Of a stretch of DNA of 42,205 bases, positions 22,265 through 33,790 are shown piece after piece. The DNA is from Octopus sinensis (taxonomy: Eukaryota): the NCBI RefSeq assembly GCF_006345805.1, contig NW_021835182.1:1-42205 (forward strand). The letters are read 5' to 3'. Both the position numbers and the translations under genes were made by a program. The number at the start of each line of letters is the position of its first letter. Within the stretch, counting starts at the first letter, position 1. The notes beneath the pieces were generated by a model. The model ran no database searches. It was not told the DNA's origin and saw only the letters and a list, made by a program, of their open reading frames with translations.

Positions 22265-22910
22265 GATGATTTAAAACTGTTCGCGAAAACAGAGCCTGAA
22301 ATGGAGAGGCTGGTTGAGACTATGCAAACGTGCAGCAAGGATATAGGGATGGAATTCAGTATCTCGAAGCATGCAGTGCTTACTCTGAAGCGGGGGAAAA
22401 GAGTAAATTGTAGGGTCATAGAATTGCCAAACGGAGAGAGAATGGATGGGTAACAAGTACTTTGAGATCATAAAGCTGGAAAATATCTTGAAGAAAGAAA
22501 TGAAAAACAAGGTCGTCACTGCATGTTTCAAGCGCCTTAAACTGCTCTTGAAATCAAAACCCAACTCAAGGAGCCCTGTGACTGTCATCAAGATATGGGC
22601 AGTTGCTGTAGTCCGCTATAGTGCACCCATCCTGAAATGGGTTCAAGCAGAGATTAACCAATTCGATCGCACAACCCGAAAGACAATGACAATGCACGGT
22701 ACCTTCCACCCCAAGGCTATCCATGAAGAGAGGTAAAGGAGGGCGTGAGCTGATTAGCGTATGGGAATGCATCAGCGGTGAATGAAGAAACATGGCAGAA
22801 TATTTGGTAAACAGCAAACAAGACCTGCTACAGTATGCTGCTAGAGCAGAAGGAGTTAACAAAATTGGACTTGAGAGTGCTCATGAATTCCAATCAAGAA
22901 CAGCCAAAGT
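22265..22910 (+). mobile_element. Dong/R4-clade non-LTR retrotransposon fragment (end of RT and thumb), frameshifted
   Basis: DDLKLFAKTEPEMERLVETMQTCSKDIGMEFSISKHAVLTLKRGK, then KYFEI..WAVAVVRYSAPILKW..DRTTRKTMTMHGTFHPKA..KGGRELISV. Starts directly after (TAA)n at 22179-22264. Confidence 0.85.
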
Positions 22911-23066
22911 TATTCTGTCGTTTGTTCATTCTTACATTCTTTCACTTTTTTTATTCTTTCACTCCCCTATTCTGTTATATTCGATTATAACTTCACATAA
23001 ACCAATACCCATTTATTTCAATGTGATTTTACTGACATCTTGTTTTGTTTTTTTTTTCATTTTCAG

Positions 23067-23310
23067 GGGTAGGCAGGTCTTTCGTATATACCCCAAGTGT
23101 AGTGATAGTCACCATGTACTTCAACCACGCCAAGAGTACGGCCTATGGTGTGGCTAGTGCCGGAAGTGGTCTGGGAATGTTAATTGTTCCACCAATATTG
23201 CAGCTTCTCTTCACCAAACATGATTTCTACAGTTCCATGCTGATGCTGATGGCGGTGGCGTTGTTTCTGTGTGTCGGTGGCAGTCTCTATCGACCACCTC
23301 CTTTCACTCC
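23067..23310 (+). CDS. SLC16/MCT monocarboxylate transporter, internal exon (TM4 end to TM6)
   Basis: Polypyrimidine tract plus ttttcag|GG acceptor; donor CC|gtatgt; phase 1/2. GVGRSFVYTPSVVIVTMYFNHAKSTAYGVASAGSGLGMLIVPPILQLL..LCVGGSLYRP matches the MCT YF..(K/R)..A.G.A..G motif and the L.RP end of TM6. Confidence 0.93.
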
Positions 23311-23476
23311 GTATGTATAACATTTATGTCATGCAATTTGCAATTCGTTGATATATATTTATCAATAACAAAAGTACTCCATCTAGTGAGGGATGAATAT
23401 TATATAATAAACACAACATATGATTTTTATGTGCTACTATTAGTTTCATGTGCTGAGAACATGCCAGTGTTTCAAA

Positions 23477-23679
23477 ACACGTCTGGTGTCTTTGCACAAT
23501 CATCGGACGCTGCCCAATTGGCATAACGAACTAAAAATGGGACGAGAGAAAAGACGATAAAAAAGTATGTATAAAATGTGGAAGGTTGAAAAACCGGAAA
23601 ACGAGTGGCTTAGAGCCTATGGTAGTTCGTTATGGCATGTGGACAGTATCTGACGATCGTACTGGAACACCAGACGTGT
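23477..23679. repeat. Imperfect inverted repeat / MITE-like element (57-bp arms)
   Basis: 23477-23533 pairs with 23623-23679 (ACACGTCTGGTGT/ACACCAGACGTGT and CATAACGAACTA/TAGTTCGTTATG); (TA)n on the right. Confidence 0.8.
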
Positions 23680-23682
23680 GTG

Positions 23683-23729
<47 letters not shown>

Positions 23730-24360
23730 CTTACGGTGAAAGTAAATAAAGTTTGCTTTAGAAGCGTTGAGATGTATTGAAAGATACAGAAATAATTTAT
23801 TCTCAAATGCATACTAATACAATAGCATGAACAGAATAAACTATCCATATATTGCAGAAAAATTCATATATTAAGTTCAGGAATAATTCATGAGCGTTTT
23901 TTTTTTTTCAAATTTAATTTCTTTCCTTTTTTGCACTATGCACGTTTCCGGTAAAAAAATTATTTTTTGAAATTCTATAAATTTTGGCCATTTTTTCATA
24001 TATACATACATTATATATATGTATATTATATATATGTATATACATTATATATATACGTATATACATTATATATATATACATTATATATATACACATTATA
24101 TATATACATACATGTGCGTGTACTGGTTTGTATATATTCTCTCCTCTCACTGGCGCTTCCTTTTCTATTTTACTCTCCTCTGTCTCCTTTCGTCTTTCAG
24201 TTACACCTTAGTGGGACACTATATATGTGTCTGTGTGTGCATGTGTGTATGTGTGTGTGGGTGCTTCTGTCCCTTTTTCGTGTGTGAGTGCGTGAATGTA
24301 TATTTGTATATTATATATGAGTATTTCCATATTACGTATGAGTATTCGTATTTTATATAG

Positions 24361-25289
24361 AGAGAAGATATGTTTACGAAGCAGTCCGGAGACAGATCGA
24401 CTCTCAAGAACACAGAGTGAAGATCCAGATAAATACTCACCTGCACCGTACCATGACATCGAACCTGGAACGCCATCTACAATTCTTTCTATGGATACCA
24501 CGGAGATGACCACCACAACGACGGTAACCACGCTTCTGAAGGAAACCCAGCAAGACGTCAACGAAAATCTACAAAACGACCGACAGCTTCTGGACCTTCA
24601 GGAGTCGGTGGAACCAGACTCACGATTTCGTAAAAAACTTTGTCATATTTTATGTTGTTGTTGTAGTAACAGTCACCGGCGACAACACCATCATAAGCAA
24701 ATTCGGTCGAAATCGAAGTCGAAATCGAAATCAAAATCGAAATCGCTTTCGGAAGACGACTGCGAATGCTGTAATTGTCACAAAAACAGGACGATGAAAC
24801 AAAATCGCAAAGTTCTTATAGACTTGACTCTTTTAAAAGATCCTATGTTTCTAATATTTGGCACAAGCCTTTGTCTTTTCACCCTAGGCTCGCAGTCGTC
24901 TGCTGTGTTTGTCCCAGCACTTGGCAAGGAAAAAGGTTTAGATAATATCAAAGCAGCATATTTGATATCGATTCTTGGCGTTACCGATGCAGTAGCAAAG
25001 ATCTGCGCTGGGTTTTTACTTGATCACAAACCTTTGCAAAAATACCGGCGTTTTTTATACAACCTCAACGTTTTTCTAATATCAATTCTCATCATATTGT
25101 GTCCATTTATGGAAAATTTTACCGGATTTGGAATCCTTTGCGCCGTTTATGGTGTATTAAATGGAATTAATGTGTCTCAGAAAGCAATAATGCTTTCAGA
25201 AATTCTTGGAGAGGAAAATATTTCCAGTTCTTTCGGACTTACCATTTGCTTCCAGGGATTAGGTGCTTTAAGTGGACCCCCTCTATCGG
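24361..25289 (+). CDS. SLC16/MCT monocarboxylate transporter, large exon (central loop and TM7-TM11)
   Basis: Acceptor ttttatatag|A completes the phase-2 codon CC+A; donor TCGG|gtaagt (phase 1). Encodes LIDLTLLKDPMFLIF..AAYLISILGVTDAVAKICAGFLLD..SSFGLTICFQGLGALSGPPLSG, the typical MCT C-terminal half. Confidence 0.95.
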
Positions 25290-25492
25290 GTAAGTTATAA
25301 CCTTTGTGTTCTCATTGTCTCCTGCAGTAATTTATTGTTTCACTTCGATCGCCCATTGTTTTGATTATGTCCATGTCAACCTATCCACCATTTATAGATG
25401 GGAAGAATCCCTCGTGGGTCGAGAATGACGTTAAACTTATGCTAGTGGATGTTCTTTGGCATAACGACAACAACACACATATTCATACACAC

Positions 25493-25588
25493 AAATCGGC
25501 CATCTCATACACACACAAATCGGCCATCTCATACACACACAAATCGGCCATCTCATACACACACAAATTGACCATCTCATACACACAC
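25493..25588. repeat. 24-bp minisatellite, 4 copies (AAATCGGCCATCTCATACACACAC)
   Basis: Direct reading; the fourth copy is diverged. Confidence 0.9.
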
Positions 25589-26091
25589 ATATTCTACAAC
25601 ACACGTATGCATACACATACAACCACCAGCCATGTCACAAGCACACTCCTCTTGTAGCACATGCAGTCACCAGAGACATAAACACACCAACACTCTCTCT
25701 AAATCTCACACCACACACACTTCAGCCACAACATACATACATCCACACGATGTAAACACATACATACCATTCCCCTCACATACAGACACACATTCTGATT
25801 TTTGCAGTTTAAGGTAAGTATGAATCTCAGAGCAAAACGTCTTAAAGAAGGTGAACCGAGACAAGAATTGCCATTCGTTTTGGTTAATACCATCGATTAA
25901 TGTGACTTGAAGTAAAGGAGAATAAAATGTTTTACTCAGAAATACCATGATTTGAACTCTTGAATCATGAATTGTTAGTCGAATGCTTTAGCTACTCTGC
26001 CATTGGAGAGGAGCTCTGGCCTGAAGATAGATTATTGAGTTAAAGTTTTCTCTCCTCTACTATTTTTCTCTCACTCACTCACTCACACACA

Positions 26092-26122
<31 letters not shown>

Positions 26123-26375
26123 ACTTCATCCCCTTAACAGTATCGGAAGCCCTGTCAAAGGTTTATAGGCATATCCCAACCTTCATTCCTTGGTTAAGTC
26201 ATGTAAACACCTCTCCTTATATAAATAACCCAAATTTCATGACTTAAAGACACTGTATGAAGCGCCATATCTAGAAAACTGAAGTGGGGTTGCTCGACTA
26301 AAACCCATCTAGGCAGTGCCCCAGCATGGTCGCCGTTCAACAACTAAATAAGTAAAAAATAAAAGATAACAAATA

Positions 26376-26792
26376 GACGCAAGTGTGGATGTGTGGTAAG
26401 AAGCTTACTTCCCAACCACATGGTTCCGGGTTCAGTCCCATTGTGTGGCATCTTTGGCATGTGTCTTCTACTATGGTCTCGGGTTGACCAAAAACGTCTG
26501 AGTGGTTTTGGTTGACGGAAACCGAAAAAAGCCCGTGGTATACATATATATATATATGTGTGTGTGTCTGTGTGTGTGTTGTGTACATGTCTGTTTGTGT
26601 CTGTGTTTGCCCCCACCACCGCTTGGCACCGATGATGGTGTGTTTTCGTTTTGAAATTTCGTGGTTGGTCAAAATACACCGATGGAATAAGTACCACGCC
26701 TTAAAAAAGTACTGGGTCGATTCGTTCAGCTAAAAGTTCTTCAAGGCGTGCCCCAGTATGACCGCAGTCTAATGACTGAGACACATAAAAGA
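26376..26792 (+). mobile_element. tRNA-derived SINE (family 2)
   Basis: GTGTGGTAAGAAGCTTACTTCCCAACCACATGGTTCCGGGTTCAGTCCC head, internal (TA)/(TG), tail GCAGTCTAATGACTGAGACACATAAAAGA. Confidence 0.85.
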
Positions 26793-26813
26793 TGAAATAT
26801 AAGATAACATAAC

Positions 26814-26857
<44 letters not shown>

Positions 26858-27217
26858 ATATATATATATATATACTTAATTTGTTTTGTATGCATTCATA
26901 TGTCTAGAGTTTATTGGGTGGTATTAAATTTATGGCGTATAGAAATGTCTAGGTATTTTATTTATAGAGTTTAGACTTTATAAAGCCGTATCATGTGTTA
27001 CAATATATCCATTTATGATGCATGGTTAATACTGGTCGTTGTTGAATGAGGTGGAATAATGGAAATTTATGTCTTAAGAATCGTGTCGTTTATTTGGGTT
27101 GCAGTAATGGAGAATATTATAACTTTGTTGAGTAGCGTAACACATATGGGAAACTGGAAAATGTCGCAATAATAATAATAATAATAATAATAATAATCAT
27201 AATAATAATGATAATAA

Positions 27218-27385
27218 TCCTGTCTGCTAAAGGAAAATGGCCTGAAATTTCGTGGGGAGGGGCCTAGTAGATTACATCAACTCCAGTATTTCACTGGTAT
27301 TTAACTTATCAACCTCGAAAGTACAGAAGGCAAAGTCGATCTCGATGGAATATGAATTCTGGACGTAAACACGAACGAAATATAA
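27218..27385 (-). mobile_element. Degenerate Nin/Deu-like-core SINE fragment with (TTA)n tail
   Basis: GATTACATCAACTCCAGT..CTGGTATTTAACTTATCAACCTCGAAAG..GGCAAAGTCGA matches the 15561 copy. Confidence 0.7.
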
Positions 27386-27386
27386 C

Positions 27387-28413
27387 TTCTGGATATCCTG
27401 CAACTCTTCCGTCGGGGCTCCTTGATTAAGTTGGTGAGTGCTGCCATAACCTTTGCTTTCAGTTCATCTTTGGTGTTACAACTGCGCTCCACACATAATA
27501 ATCAAGGAGGTTGCAGCCTGGGGAGTTAGGTGACCAAATGTTAGAGGTGGTGTGGTCACAGAAATTGTCTTACAGCCATAACATAGGGTCTTCCAGCAGT
27601 CACCCTCTTGACCCAGGGCAGCACTACCTCCTCCAGGCACTTGATGTAGGTCTCCGTGTTGAATTTGAGGCCGTGTGGGAAGTTGAATGGAGGCATAGCG
27701 TCGCCATCGCTAGTGATCACTCCAAACACCATGATGTTGACTGGATGTTTGGTTTTTATCAATCAAGGTACATGTTTTGGTGACACGGAAAGCCAGCTGT
27801 TGTTCTTTCTGTGTGTTCACCATCTGATCCTTGCAGAAAATTTTTTAGTCTGAGAAAAACCCAAGCATGTTCGGTAGCATGGTCTTTCCTCTTGTCCTCG
27901 ATGGCTTGGGATAAAAATTGGCCCTTTCTCTTCTTCTATGAGGAATACCGGATGTCTTCATGCACCTCACAAGAAACTCAGACACTTTCATGTTCCTGGC
28001 GATGGACCTGATTGACTTGGAGGGATAGTTGTCAATCATGGTCTGGATCTTACGAACAAATTCAGGAGTTCTTTTCTTATCAGAACGATCAGAGTGAGTT
28101 TTCCAAGCTGCCGTACCTTCGTAATCATCATTAGACTCATCCAACTCTTTCCGAATCCTCTGCACTGTCCTCAGATTGACACTCAAACACTCTGAAATGT
28201 TCGTTTTGGAGCTTCCGGTGCGAATGCCAAGAAGTACAGTATGTCGTTTCCAGATTTCTGGCAGAGTGAATTGCGTTATGATGCTGTTTTTCTTACAAGA
28301 CGATGCCCAACTGACTCTACAATACTATGTACCCGACAAAATCAAAAACAAACAATGCACATGCACGAAATTAAAAAATATATAAAATGGCGACAATTTA
28401 CCTATCGCACCCT
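27387..28413 (-). mobile_element. Tc1/mariner-superfamily transposon (probably DD37D/maT-like), transposase pseudogene
   Basis: Fragments VNLRTVQRIRKEL..PSKSIRSIARNMKVSE, KHPVNIMVFGVITSDGDAMPPF.FPHGLKFNTETYIKCLEEVVLPWV, IWSPNSPGCNLLDYYVW and CNTKDELKAKV. The third catalytic motif ends in D. TIR-like TAGGGTGCGATAGGTAAATTGTCGCC at the right end beside (TA)n. Confidence 0.9.
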
Positions 28414-28754
28414 ATATATATGCACGCGTATATATGTGTGCGTGTGTGTATGTATATATATATATATATATAATATATATATATATATACATGACACCCT
28501 TCTACTTTAAATTTTCTTCATACCCACTTCCTCCTAATTCAGGCATATCTGATCGATGTTCTGTCTGTAATCTTCAAGAGGGCAACAGCTGTTGTGGACT
28601 GGGGAATTGGAAGGTAGGTAGCGAGGGGTAGGAGTTGAAGGGACCAGAGTAACATCATTAGTCTCTGAAGTTTGTTGGAGTACGGTTGGTTGGCTGTTTG
28701 GTTTAAGGTATGGTGATAGGGGTATGTGTGAATTTGATAAATGTGTGTGTGTGC

Positions 28755-28795
<41 letters not shown>

Positions 28796-28922
28796 TAAAA
28801 TAAATGCATATAGAGATTTTTTGTTTGATATAGGGAATATTCCGTCTATCTGTATACACCTGTGTATTATAATCAGGCTGATGTGTGTGTGTGTGTGCGT
28901 GTGCGTGCGTGCGTGTGCGTGC

Positions 28923-28969
<47 letters not shown>

Positions 28970-29199
28970 TATTTATGGATATATTTGAAGTGGTCTTAAA
29001 TCTGTATTGAAACCAGCAGGCAACATTTACTAAAAACACGTGTATGTGTATACATACATATGTGTGAGTGTGTGTTTCTCTCTCTCTCTCTCTCTCCGTC
29101 TCTCAGTCTCTGCATGTATATGTGTGTGTGTGTGTGTGTGTGCGCGTGCGTACGCGCGTGCCGTGCGGCCTTATCTGTTTTTTAGTTCATATATACCTA

Positions 29200-29520
29200 G
29201 ATGTATTTATGTATATGTGCATGTATTTATATGTATATATATGTATTTATGTATATGTGTATGTATTTATATGTATATAAATGTATTTATGTATATGTGT
29301 ATGTATTTGTATGTATATATATGTATTTATGTATATGTGTATGAATTTATATGTATATATATATATGTATTTATGTATGTGTATTTATGTATATGTGTAT
29401 GTATTTATATGTATATATATATATGTATCTATGTATGTGTATTTATGTATATGTGTATGTATTTATATGTATTTATGTATATGTGTATTTATGTATATGT
29501 GTATGTATTTAGGTATATGT
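29200..29520. repeat. Minisatellite of about 20 bp (TATGTATATGTGTATGTATT)
   Basis: Direct reading; degenerate. Confidence 0.85.
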
Positions 29521-29799
29521 GTGTGTGTATAGGTATGCGTGTGCACTCGTATATACATATGTGTGAATGAATGTGGTGAAAGAGAGAGAGAGAGAGACTG
29601 TGTGTATGGGCATGTGTATGTGTGTAGTGGTGGGGTATATAATATAGTTTTGCTAATAAAAGAGGAAAGAAGAGTTCCAGATGTAGGGGAGATTAACTAT
29701 AAATATAGCTTAGAGAGTCTAGAAAAGTTGACCCCATTATTCTAGTACCTTAGTTACCACAGGTAGGAGTGGAGGAGGAGGAGAGAGTAAGTGCACTGA

Positions 29800-30575
29800 G
29801 GTAGTGATGATGGCAGTGGTGGTGGTGGTGGTGTTCGTGGTGGTAGTGGTGGTGTTGGTTTTAATGTGAATGGTAGTGACGGCGGATAAGGTGAGAGTGG
29901 AAGTGGCATTGTTAGTAGTAATGGTGGTAGCGCTAAGGTTTTGTGGTGGTACGGATGGTGTTGGTTCAGGTACGAATGGTGGTAGGGTTGTTGTTGATGA
30001 TGGTGGTGTGGTGTGGTGTTAAATGCTGAAGCTGGTGAGAGTTATGCAAATAGTTGCGGCGGCGGTGTTGATGATGATGATGATGGTGGCGGTGGTGGTG
30101 GTGGTGGGGTGGTGGTGGTGGTGGTGGTGGTGGTGGTGGTGGTGGTGGTGGTGATGGTGGTGGTGATGGTTGCAATGATGATAGTGGTGGTGGTGGTTGC
30201 AATGATGGTGGTGTTAAATGTTGAAGCTGGTGATAGTTATGCAAATAGTTCCGGCGGCGGTGTTGATGATGATGATGGTGGTGGTGGTGGTGGTGGTAGT
30301 GGTAGTGGTTGCAATGAGGATGGTAGTGGTGGTGGTTGCAATGATGGTGGTGGTTGCAATGATGATGGTGGTGCTGCTTCTGCTCCTCTCAATTTTGGTC
30401 ATAATAGTTGTTGATGGTAGGGGCCATGTTAATGGTAGTGGTGGTCGTGGTGGCGGCGGTGTTAATGGAAAGAGTGAATGATTGTGTCATCGGAGTAGTG
30501 GGGGCGGCGGTTGTGATTTTAATGGTAGCTATCTCAGGATTTACTCGTAGAGACGGTGGTAGTGGTGATGGCAGT
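29800..30575. repeat. (GGT)n/(GAT)n low-complexity tract with an internal duplicated block of about 75 nt
   Basis: GTTAAATG.TGAAGCTGGTGA.AGTTATGCAAATAGTT.CGGCGGCGGTGTTGATGAT occurs at about 30018 and 30212. Confidence 0.9.
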
Positions 30576-30639
30576 GATTAAGCCGACATCGATTCAAATA
30601 CGTTCCAGGCGTGACAATCCCGTCTTTTAGTCAGATATA

Positions 30640-30961
30640 GGCGTAGGAGTGGCTGTGTGGTAAGTAGCTTGCTTACGAACCACCGGGTTCAGTCCCTTGT
30701 GAGTGGAAACTGAAAGAAGCCCGTCGTATATGTGTATATATATGTATGTTTGTATATATGTTTGTGTGTCTGTGTTTTTCCCCCCAACATCGCTTGACAA
30801 CCGATGGTGGTGTGTTTACATCCCCGTAACTTAGCGGTTCGGCAAAAGAGATCGATAGAATAAATACTAGGTTTACAAAGAATAAGTTCTGGGGCCTATT
30901 TGCTCGACTAAAGTCGGTGATCCAACATGGCCACAGTCAAATGACTGACACAAGTAAAAGA
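30640..30961 (+). mobile_element. tRNA-derived SINE (family 2) with internal deletions
   Basis: GGCGTAGGAGTGGCTGTGTGGTAAGTAGCTTGC head, GGAAACTGAAAGAAGCCCGTCG body, ATGACTGACACAAGTAAAAGA tail. Confidence 0.85.
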
Positions 30962-31159
30962 GTATAAGTATATCTAGGACATTATGCTTCCTCGCCGTCA
31001 GTGATATTGGTAGCATTTCTCTCTCAATGGAATCTTGATAGAAGCTAACTGTAGGATTTGATTTGAGGGAGATTTTTTACCGGGGAGAGTGATGACGTAA
31101 CGGTTCACCGATGTGTGTGTATGTATGTGTTTGTATGTATGTATGTTTTTTAAGAATAG

Positions 31160-31405
31160 CTCTGAAGTTCGCTTCGTAATCACTTGATTCCAGGTTCAAT
31201 CTCCCAGCGTGACATCTTTGTCAGGTGTCTTCTGCTATAGCCTTGGATTGGCCCATTGCCTTGTCAGTGGAATTTGGTAACCGGAAACTGTGTGGAAGCC
31301 TGTTTGATGTATTGTACTTGTAAATCAAATATCCAGTCTTTTTACACATTGTATCACTGTGGACAGCATCAAAAGGTCTGTGGAATACTCAGCCACTTAA
31401 CACAT
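31160..31405 (+). mobile_element. Degenerate tRNA-derived SINE (family-2-like body, family-3-like tail)
   Basis: CCAGGTTCAATCTC, GTGTCTTCTGCTATAGCC, GGAAACTGTGTGGAAGCC and TCTGTGGAATACTCAGCCACTT. Confidence 0.6.
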
Positions 31406-31789
31406 CTGTGCTCGATAATAATACAGTAAGAGAAGTGGGAGTCGACTTTGATCGAAAAACAGTCATAGTCATCGCGAAACTGACGCCAGATCACTCGTCA
31501 GCGACATCAATCATAACATCATCGCCATCATCATCATAATCATCATCATCATCGTCATCGTCGTCATCATCATCATCATCATCGTCGTCGTCGTCGTGTC
31601 TTTGTCATCGTCGTTGTCATTAAGAAAGAGTTAATTACTTGACCTTAGAAAAATATCCAAAACTACAGCAAAATCAAACGAAAGTCACAAAGAATCGCTC
31701 CTAAAACTGATGTACATTTCAAGTATAAGATTTGAACTATAGGATTCCTTATCGCCTCGTGTATGTGTGTTATATATATATATATATAG

Positions 31790-31822
<33 letters not shown>

Positions 31823-32043
31823 ATATATATTCATCAATCATTCTATCTGTTCTCTCAGTTCTCTCCCTCTTTCCCTCCTCCTAATCTCGCTCTCTGTCAA
31901 CCGATCAATCAATCAATCTTTTATAGAAAATAAGCGAATTTCATCGTAGAACTGGTACGAAAAGCATTCCACATGTTATATGACTCAACACCCAATAAGC
32001 ACTAAATATATATACTGTGTATGTGAGTGTGTGTGTGTATGTA

Positions 32044-32096
<53 letters not shown>

Positions 32097-32195
32097 GCAC
32101 GCACATATATCTCTCTCCGCCTGTGTCTATTATACATTAATCTCATTAATTTTACCTCTATCCATCCATCCATCTATCTATCTATCCATCTATCC

Positions 32196-32263
<68 letters not shown>

Positions 32264-32625
32264 GTTTGTCTGTCTGTCGTTCTATCTATGTGTGTATGTA
32301 TGTATGTATGCTAGTGTTTACGTCTCTATGCTTTGTAAGCGCTCGCGCATGTGTGTGGTGTAGAGTCAGTTCCTTTTACCAAGACCTGCTTTGGAAATCA
32401 ATTAGATTATTTCCTTATAGACCAGAAACCGTTCATTTCCCTGGCTCCTCTCACCCTTTCTCCTCTCTTCCATTCTGTTACCCAATTTCCAGGGTTCCAC
32501 ACACAACCTGTTCCTATATTAAACTCAATTCTGCCAATAGAATTCTGCAGCAATTTCTAATTTGTCAACTGGACAATGTAATTCCGTGACCATTAACTCA
32601 GCACCAATCATGTACAGCCAAAACG

Positions 32626-32665
<40 letters not shown>

Positions 32666-32759
32666 ATATATATATATATGTGTGTGTATATATATATATA
32701 TATATATAATATATATATATACATATACACACACACATATATATATATATATATCTATC

Positions 32760-32819
<60 letters not shown>

Positions 32820-32911
32820 CATGGATATACACAATTGTACACCCTTTCCGTCTCTCTTGCTCTCTATTCACACGTACCCACATACAAACTTAGATGTATG
32901 AATGTGTGTGC

Positions 32912-32967
<56 letters not shown>

Positions 32968-33446
32968 ATATATATGTATGTATGCATGTATGTATGTATA
33001 TATATATGATTTCCAACAATGTGATTACAATATATATTCTATTTATCATCACACATAGGTACGGTTAAATGCTAACCGTATAGAGAGCCGATAAAGAAGA
33101 AGGTTTATGAGAGAGAAGCCAGCGTCTGTAACCACGCCAATAATATTTTAATAATATTCCATTGGGACCGGCTTTGAGGGAACACAGAGTCACTACTTAA
33201 TTTGAAAGTTTATCGTAAACTACTTAGAAACTGAAGTACTCTGTTATTAAATCGGTTTTATTGATGTAATATCGAATGTAGCTAGGATTATTTTAGTTTT
33301 TGACCGAGAAATAAAATAAGGTAGACGATTACAGCGAAGAAAGTTAATTTATTTCAATTTAAGATGCTGTTTCGATTATTATATTTTCAAGGTTTTGAAA
33401 TTTGGTGTTATTATCTTAAGAAATTTTCTCACTCTTATATTTTTGT

Positions 33447-33790
33447 TTGGCACAAGGCGAACAATTTTAAGAGGAGGGCATTAGTTGATGTCATCAACCC
33501 CAGCATTTGACTGGTACTTTACCGACCACGGAAGGTCTTTTCTGGAAGACAATGTCGGCCTCGGCAGAATTTGAATTCAGATTGTAAAAAGCCGAAACAA
33601 ATAGCGCAGAAGATTTCTTCAGATGCTCTAACGATTCTGCTTTCTCGCCAAAGAAACAAAATCAAGGATTTGAGGGAGAGGGATTAATCAATTAGATCGA
33701 CTCTGAAAGGATAAAAAGCAAATTTGGCCACGGCAGGACTCGAATTCAGAATTTAAGCTGTCGGAGCATATACCGTCGGTTATTTTCTTC
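33447..33790 (-). mobile_element. Two adjacent degenerate Nin/Deu-like-core SINE copies
   Basis: GGCACAAGG..CATCAACCCCAGCATTTGACTGGTAC..CCTCGGCAGAATTTGAATTCAGA, followed by a second more decayed copy from about 33665. Confidence 0.6.

Noticed and set aside
24296-24360. ORF start MYICILYMSISILRMSIRILYR as the protein N-terminus
   Set aside because: This is intronic read-through; the acceptor at 24359-24360 is phase-matched to the upstream exon.
27387-28413. Active or domesticated transposase
   Set aside because: Multiple frameshifts, deletions around the catalytic motifs, and only one TIR-like end.
28543-28613. Exon-like segment (aattcag|...GGAAG|gtaggt) as the last MCT exon
   Set aside because: The required phase-1 reading is GISDRCSVCNLQEGNSCCGLGNWK, which is neither hydrophobic nor MCT-like.
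29966-30481. Gly/Val/Pro-rich ORFs as a structural protein
   Set aside because: (GGT)n/(GAT)n low complexity is open in several frames on both strands, with no splice or family support.
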